Shown in pieces: positions 56,701-64,000 of a stretch of 64,000 bases of DNA. The stretch is from the human T2T-CHM13v2.0 reference genome, Homo sapiens. A program made the position numbers and the translations under genes. The notes beneath the pieces are model-generated. The model worked only from the letters and a program-made list of their open reading frames with translations. It did not search any database and was not told the origin of the DNA. Each line of letters starts with the position of its first letter. The first letter of the stretch is position 1. The DNA is taken from the NCBI RefSeq assembly GCF_009914755.1, contig NC_060928.1, one strand, 5' to 3'.

Positions 56701-59700
56701 GCTTTGAGGCCTATGGTGAAAAAGGAAATATCTTCCCATAAAAACTAGACAGAAGCATTCTCAGAAACTTGTTTGTGATGTGTGTATTCAACTAACAGAG
56801 TTGAACTTTTGTTTTTACAGAGCCGTTTTAAAACACTCTTTTTGTGGAATCAGAAAGTGGATATTCGGATGGCTCTGAGGATTTCGTTGGAAGCGGGATT
56901 ACATATAAAATCTAGAGAGAAGCATTCTCAGGAACTTCTTTGTGATGTTTGCATTGAAGTCACAGAATTGAACATTCACTTTGATAGAGCAGGTTTGAAA
57001 CACTCATTCTGTAGTATCTGGAAGTGGACATTTCAAGCGCTTTCAGGCCTATGGTGAGAAAGGAAATATCTTCGAATAAAAACTAGACAGAAGCATCCTC
57101 AGAAACTTATTTGTGATGTGTGTCCTCAACTAACAGAGTTGAAACTTTGTTTTGATACAGCATTTTGGAAACACTCTTTTTGTAGAATCTGCAGGTGGAT
57201 ATTTGGATAGCTTAGAGGGATTCGTTGGAAAGGGGATATCTTCATATAAAATCTAGACAGAAGCATTCTCAGAAACTTATTTGTGATGTGTGTCCTCAAC
57301 TAACAGAGTTGAACCTTGGTTTTGATACAGCATTTTGGAAACACTCCTTTTGTAGAATCTGCAGGTGGATATGTGGATAGCTCTGAAGATTTCGTTGGAA
57401 ACGGGAATTTCTTCATATAAAATCAAACAGAAGCATTCTCAGAAACTTCTCAGTGATGTTTGCATTCAGCTCATGGAGTTGAACACTTCCTTTCATAGAG
57501 CCGGTTTGAAACACTCTTTCTGCACTACCTGGAAGAGGACATTTCGAGCGCTTTGAGTCCTATGGTGAAAAAGGAAATATCTTCTCATAAAAACCAGAAA
57601 GAAGCATTCTCAGAAACTTCTTTGTGTTGTGTGTACTCATGTAACAGTGTTGAACCATCCTTTTGACAGAGCAGTTTTGAAACACTCTTTTTGTAGAATC
57701 TGCAAGTGGATATTTGGATAGCTTTGAGGATTTCGTTGGAAACGGGATGACATATAATCTCTAGAGAGAAGCATACTCAGGAACTTCTTTGTGATGTTTG
57801 CATTCAAGTCACAGAATTGAACATTCCCTTTCATAGAGCAGGTTTGAAACACTCTTTCTCTAGTATCTGGAAGTGGGCATTTCAAGCGCTTTCAGGCCTA
57901 TGGAGAGAAAGGAAATACCTTCAAATAAAAACTAGACAGAAGCATTCTCAGAAACTTATTTGTGATGTGTGTCCTCAACTAACAGAGTTGAACCTTTGTT
58001 TTGATACAGCATTTTGGAAACACTCCTTTTGTAGAATCTGCAGGTGGATATTTGGATAACTTTGAAGATTTCGTTGGAAACCGGAATATCTTCATATAAA
58101 ATCAAGACAGAAGCATTCTCGGAAACATCTCTGTGATGTTTGCATTCAACTCAGTAGAGTTGAACACTTCCTTTCATAGAGCAGGTTTGAAACACTCTTT
58201 CTGCACTACCTGGAAGCGGACATTTCGAGCGCTTTGAGGCCTATGGTGAAAAAGGAAATATCTTCTCATAAAAACCAGAAAGAAGCATTCTCAGAAACTT
58301 CTTTGTGTTGTGTGTACTCAAGTAACAGTGTTGAACCTTCCTTTTGACACAGCAGTTTTGAAACACTCTTTTGGTAGAATCTGCAAGTGGATATTTGGAT
58401 AGCTTTGAGGATTTCGTTGGAAACGGGTTATCTTCATATAAAATCCAGACAGGAGCATTCTCAGAAACTTCTTTGTGCTGCATGTCCTCAATTCACAGAG
58501 CTGAACCTTTGTTTGGATACAGCATTTTGGAAACATTCCTTTAGTAGAATCTGCAAGTTGATATTTAGATAGCTTTGAAGATTTCGTTGGAAACGGGAAT
58601 ATCTTCATAGAAAATCTAGACGGAAGCATTCTCAGAAACTGCTTTGTGATGTTTGCATTCAAGTCACAGAGTTGAATATTCCCTTTTATAGAGTAGGTTT
58701 GAAACACTCTTTCGGCACTACCTGGAAGTGGATATTTCGAGCTCTTTGAGGCCTATGGTTAAAAGGAAATATCTTCCCATAAAAACTAGACAGAAGCCGT
58801 CTCAGAAACTTGTTTGTGATGTGTGTATTCAACTAACAGAGTTGAACATTTCTGTTACAGAGCAATTTTAAAACACTCTTTTTGTGGAATCTGAAAGTGG
58901 ATAATTGGATAGCTTTGTGGATTTCGTTGGAAACGGGATGACGTATAAAATCTAGAGAGAAGCATTCTCAGGAACTTCTTTCTGATGTTTGCATTCAAGT
59001 CACAGAATTGAACATTCCTTTTCATAGTGCAGGTTTGAAACACTCTTTCTGTAGTATCTGGAAGTGGACATTTCAAGCGCTTTCAGGCCTACGGGGAGAA
59101 AGGAAATATCTTCAAATAAAAACTAGACAGAAGGATTCTCAGAAACTTATTTGTGATGTGTGTCCTAAACGAACACAGTTGAACCTTTGTTTTGATACAG
59201 CATTTTGGAAACACTCCTTTTGTAGGATCTGCAGGTGGATATTTGGATAGATTTTAAGATTTCGTTGGAAACGGGAGTTTCTTCATAGAAACTCAAGACA
59301 GATGCATTCTCAGAAACATCTCTGTGATGTTTGCATTCCACTCATAGAGTTGAAAACTTCCTTTCATAGAGCAGGTTTGAAACACTCTTTTTGTAATATT
59401 TGGAACTGGACATTTGCAGCACTTTGAGGCCTATGGTGAAAAAGGAAATATCTTCTCATAAAAACCAGAAACAAGCATTCTCAGAAACTTCTTTTTGATG
59501 TGTGTACTCAAGTAACAGAGTTGAACCTTCCTTTTGACACAGCAGTTTTGAAACAATCTTTTTGTAGAATCTGCAAGTGGATATTTGGATAGCTTTGAGG
59601 ATTTCGTTGGAAACGGGATATCTTCATATAAAATCTAGACAGAAGCATTCTCAGAAACTTCTTTGTGCTGTATGCCCTCAATTAACAGAGTTGAACCATT

Positions 59701-62028
59701 GCTTGGATACAGCATTTTGGAAACATTCCTTGAGTAGATTCTGCAAGTTGATATTTAGATAGATTTGAAGATTTCATTGGAAAAGGGAATATCTCCATAG
59801 AAAATCTAGAGGGAAGCATTCTCAGAAACTGCTTTGTGATGTTTCCATTCAAGTCACAGAGTTGAATATTCCCTTTTATAGAGCACGTTTGAAACACTCT
59901 TTCTGCACTATCTGGAAGTGGACATTTCGAGCGCTTTGAGGCCTATGGTGAAAAAGGAAATATCTTCCCATAAAAACTAGACAGAAGCATTCTCAGAAAC
60001 TTGTTTGTGATGTGTGTATTCAACTAACAGAGTTGAACTTTTGTTTTTACAGAGCCGTTTTAAAACACTCTTTTTGTGGAATCAGAAAGTGGATATTCGG
60101 ATGGCTCTGAGGATTTCGTTGGAAGCGGGATTACATATAAAATCTAGAGAGAAGCATTCTCAGGAACTTCTTTGTGATGTTTGCATTGAAGTCACAGAAT
60201 TGAACATTCACTTTGATAGAGCAGGTTTGAAACACTCATTCTGTAGTATCTGGAAGTGGACATTTCAAGCGCTTTCAGGCCTATGGTGAGAAAGGAAATA
60301 TCTTCGAATAAAAACTAGACAGAAGCATCCTCAGAAACTTATTTGTGATGTGTGTCCTCAACTAACAGAGTTGAAACTTTGTTTTGATACAGCATTTTGG
60401 AAACACTCTTTTTGTAGAATCTGCAGGTGGATATTTGGATAGCTTAGAGGGATTCGTTGGAAAGGGGATATCTTCATATAAAATCTAGACAGAAGCATTC
60501 TCAGAAACTTATTTGTGATGTGTGTCCTCAACTAACAGAGTTGAACCTTGGTTTTGATACAGCATTTTGGAAACACTCCTTTTGTAGAATCTGCAGGTGG
60601 ATATGTGGATAGCTCTGAAGATTTCGTTGGAAACGGGAATTTCTTCATATAAAATCAAACAGAAGCATTCTCAGAAACTTCTCAGTGATGTTTGCATTCA
60701 GCTCATGGAGTTGAACACTTCCTTTCATAGAGCCGGTTTGAAACACTCTTTCTGCACTACCTGGAAGAGGACATTTCGAGCGCTTTGAGTCCTATGGTGA
60801 AAAAGGAAATATCTTCTCATAAAAACCAGAAAGAAGCATTCTCAGAAACTTCTTTGTGTTGTGTGTACTCATGTAACAGTGTTGAACCATCCTTTTGACA
60901 GAGCAGTTTTGAAACACTCTTTTTGTAGAATCTGCAAGTGGATATTTGGATAGCTTTGAGGATTTCGTTGGAAACGGGATGACATATAATCTCTAGAGAG
61001 AAGCATACTCAGGAACTTCTTTGTGATGTTTGCATTCAAGTCACAGAATTGAACATTCCCTTTCATAGAGCAGGTTTGAAACACTCTTTCTCTAGTATCT
61101 GGAAGTGGGCATTTCAAGCGCTTTCAGGCCTATGGAGAGAAAGGAAATACCTTCAAATAAAAACTAGACAGAAGCATTCTCAGAAACTTATTTGTGATGT
61201 GTGTCCTCAACTAACAGAGTTGAACCTTTGTTTTGATACAGCATTTTGGAAACACTCCTTTTGTAGAATCTGCAGGTGGATATTTGGATAACTTTGAAGA
61301 TTTCGTTGGAAACCGGAATATCTTCATATAAAATCAAGACAGAAGCATTCTCGGAAACATCTCTGTGATGTTTGCATTCAACTCAGTAGAGTTGAACACT
61401 TCCTTTCATAGAGCAGGTTTGAAACACTCTTTCTGCACTACCTGGAAGCGGACATTTCGAGCGCTTTGAGGCCTATGGTGAAAAAGGAAATATCTTCTCA
61501 TAAAAACCAGAAAGAAGCATTCTCAGAAACTTCTTTGTGTTGTGTGTACTCAAGTAACAGTGTTGAACCTTCCTTTTGACACAGCAGTTTTGAAACACTC
61601 TTTTGGTAGAATCTGCAAGTGGATATTTGGATAGCTTTGAGGATTTCGTTGGAAACGGGTTATCTTCATATAAAATCCAGACAGGAGCATTCTCAGAAAC
61701 TTCTTTGTGCTGCATGTCCTCAATTCACAGAGCTGAACCTTTGTTTGGATACAGCATTTTGGAAACATTCCTTTAGTAGAATCTGCAAGTTGATATTTAG
61801 ATAGCTTTGAAGATTTCGTTGGAAACGGGAATATCTTCATAGAAAATCTAGACGGAAGCATTCTCAGAAACTGCTTTGTGATGTTTGCATTCAAGTCACA
61901 GAGTTGAATATTCCCTTTTATAGAGTAGGTTTGAAACACTCTTTCGGCACTACCTGGAAGTGGATATTTCGAGCTCTTTGAGGCCTATGGTTAAAAGGAA
62001 ATATCTTCCCATAAAAACTAGACAGAAG
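29709..62028 (+). repeat. Ten consecutive 19-mer HORs (29709 to 58797 in 3232-bp steps); 39405, 42637 and 52333 are chimeric variants
   Basis: Invariant 3232-bp period with no net indels; units differ only by substitutions. Confidence 0.95.
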
Positions 62029-64000
62029 CCGTCTCAGAAACTTGTTTGTGATGTGTGTATTCAACTAACAGAGTTGAACATTTCTGTTACAGAGCAATTT
62101 TAAAACACTCTTTTTGTGGAATCTGAAAGTGGATAATTGGATAGCTTTGTGGATTTCGTTGGAAACGGGATGACGTATAAAATCTAGAGAGAAGCATTCT
62201 CAGGAACTTCTTTCTGATGTTTGCATTCAAGTCACAGAATTGAACATTCCTTTTCATAGTGCAGGTTTGAAACACTCTTTCTGTAGTATCTGGAAGTGGA
62301 CATTTCAAGCGCTTTCAGGCCTACGGGGAGAAAGGAAATATCTTCAAATAAAAACTAGACAGAAGGATTCTCAGAAACTTATTTGTGATGTGTGTCCTAA
62401 ACGAACACAGTTGAACCTTTGTTTTGATACAGCATTTTGGAAACACTCCTTTTGTAGGATCTGCAGGTGGATATTTGGATAGATTTTAAGATTTCGTTGG
62501 AAACGGGAGTTTCTTCATAGAAACTCAAGACAGATGCATTCTCAGAAACATCTCTGTGATGTTTGCATTCCACTCATAGAGTTGAAAACTTCCTTTCATA
62601 GAGCAGGTTTGAAACACTCTTTTTGTAATATTTGGAACTGGACATTTGCAGCACTTTGAGGCCTATGGTGAAAAAGGAAATATCTTCTCATAAAAACCAG
62701 AAACAAGCATTCTCAGAAACTTCTTTTTGATGTGTGTACTCAAGTAACAGAGTTGAACCTTCCTTTTGACACAGCAGTTTTGAAACAATCTTTTTGTAGA
62801 ATCTGCAAGTGGATATTTGGATAGCTTTGAGGATTTCGTTGGAAACGGGATATCTTCATATAAAATCTAGACAGAAGCATTCTCAGAAACTTCTTTGTGC
62901 TGTATGCCCTCAATTAACAGAGTTGAACCATTGCTTGGATACAGCATTTTGGAAACATTCCTTGAGTAGATTCTGCAAGTTGATATTTAGATAGATTTGA
63001 AGATTTCATTGGAAAAGGGAATATCTCCATAGAAAATCTAGAGGGAAGCATTCTCAGAAACTGCTTTGTGATGTTTCCATTCAAGTCACAGAGTTGAATA
63101 TTCCCTTTTATAGAGCACGTTTGAAACACTCTTTCTGCACTATCTGGAAGTGGACATTTCGAGCGCTTTGAGGCCTATGGTGAAAAAGGAAATATCTTCC
63201 CATAAAAACTAGACAGAAGCATTCTCAGAAACTTGTTTGTGATGTGTGTATTCAACTAACAGAGTTGAACTTTTGTTTTTACAGAGCCGTTTTAAAACAC
63301 TCTTTTTGTGGAATCAGAAAGTGGATATTCGGATGGCTCTGAGGATTTCGTTGGAAGCGGGATTACATATAAAATCTAGAGAGAAGCATTCTCAGGAACT
63401 TCTTTGTGATGTTTGCATTGAAGTCACAGAATTGAACATTCACTTTGATAGAGCAGGTTTGAAACACTCATTCTGTAGTATCTGGAAGTGGACATTTCAA
63501 GCGCTTTCAGGCCTATGGTGAGAAAGGAAATATCTTCGAATAAAAACTAGACAGAAGCATCCTCAGAAACTTATTTGTGATGTGTGTCCTCAACTAACAG
63601 AGTTGAAACTTTGTTTTGATACAGCATTTTGGAAACACTCTTTTTGTAGAATCTGCAGGTGGATATTTGGATAGCTTAGAGGGATTCGTTGGAAAGGGGA
63701 TATCTTCATATAAAATCTAGACAGAAGCATTCTCAGAAACTTATTTGTGATGTGTGTCCTCAACTAACAGAGTTGAACCTTGGTTTTGATACAGCATTTT
63801 GGAAACACTCCTTTTGTAGAATCTGCAGGTGGATATGTGGATAGCTCTGAAGATTTCGTTGGAAACGGGAATTTCTTCATATAAAATCAAACAGAAGCAT
63901 TCTCAGAAACTTCTCAGTGATGTTTGCATTCAGCTCATGGAGTTGAACACTTCCTTTCATAGAGCCGGTTTGAAACACTCTTTCTGCACTACCTGGAAGA
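62029..64000 (+). repeat. Partial HOR, M1 to part of M12
   Basis: Same order as the reference unit; the window ends inside M12 (start about 63898). Confidence 0.93.

Larger units (their letters stand above)
1..64000 (+). repeat. Alpha satellite higher-order-repeat array, 19-mer/3232 bp, probably human chr4 D4Z1 (SF2); continues beyond both window ends
   Basis: Tandem ~171-bp monomers with alphoid motifs (CATTCTCAGAAACT, GAGTTGAAC, TTTGAAACACTCTTT), CENP-B boxes in B monomers and pJalpha-type motifs in A monomers. Identical ORF-track entries recur every 3232 bp. Alpha satellite identity is essentially certain; the D4Z1 assignment rests on the recalled 3.2-kb 19-mer (about 0.85). Confidence 0.98.

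Noticed and set aside
339-63521. ORFs of 61-129 aa on both strands, some Cys/His-rich
   Set aside because: They overlap on opposite strands, recur with the satellite period, many begin at non-ATG codons, and they show no recognisable domain or C2H2 zinc-finger spacing; they are chance frames of alpha satellite.
1-64000. CRISPR-like array (conserved 17-bp motif recurring at regular intervals)
   Set aside because: The intervening sequences are homologous satellite monomers rather than unique spacers, and there are no cas genes; the motif is the CENP-B box.
1-64000. Alu/L1 insertion, HSat block or inversion interrupting the array
   Set aside because: All distances between unit starts are explained by whole monomers, every box is on the + strand, and no poly-A tail, target-site duplication or non-alphoid sequence was seen.
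1-64000. Claim that this window is the kinetochore site (CENP-A domain / centromere dip region)
   Set aside because: This is defined epigenetically and needs CENP-A or methylation data; it cannot be read from sequence.

Overview
The whole 64 kb window is one uninterrupted, single-orientation array of primate centromeric alpha satellite (monomers of 166-172 bp, about 376 in total). It is organised as a 3232-bp, 19-monomer higher-order repeat (HOR). The unit size, monomer count and dimeric A/B make-up best fit the human chromosome 4 active array D4Z1 (suprachromosomal family 2); this assignment comes from recalled knowledge, not a search. I see no genes, RNA genes, transposons or inversions, and all listed ORFs are by-products of the repeat. 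Monomers are numbered M1-M19 here by my own convention, from the unique CCGTCTCAG start. Units start at 281, 2663, 5895, 9127, 14400, 17632, 20864, 24096, 27328, 29709, 32941, 36173, 39405, 42637, 45869, 49101, 52333, 55565, 58797 and 62029. There are 16 full-length 19-mers, two different 14-mers (2382 and 2381 bp) and one unit with an internal 12-monomer tandem duplication (5273 bp). The interesting signal is evolutionary. The 19-mer is built from an older 7-mer, and the first 14-mer looks like a diverged 2x7 relic. One deletion breakpoint lies in a CENP-B box, five HORs form a family of length-neutral chimeras, and SNVs define HOR haplotype strata. I found no new protein-coding system. All comparisons were made by eye.
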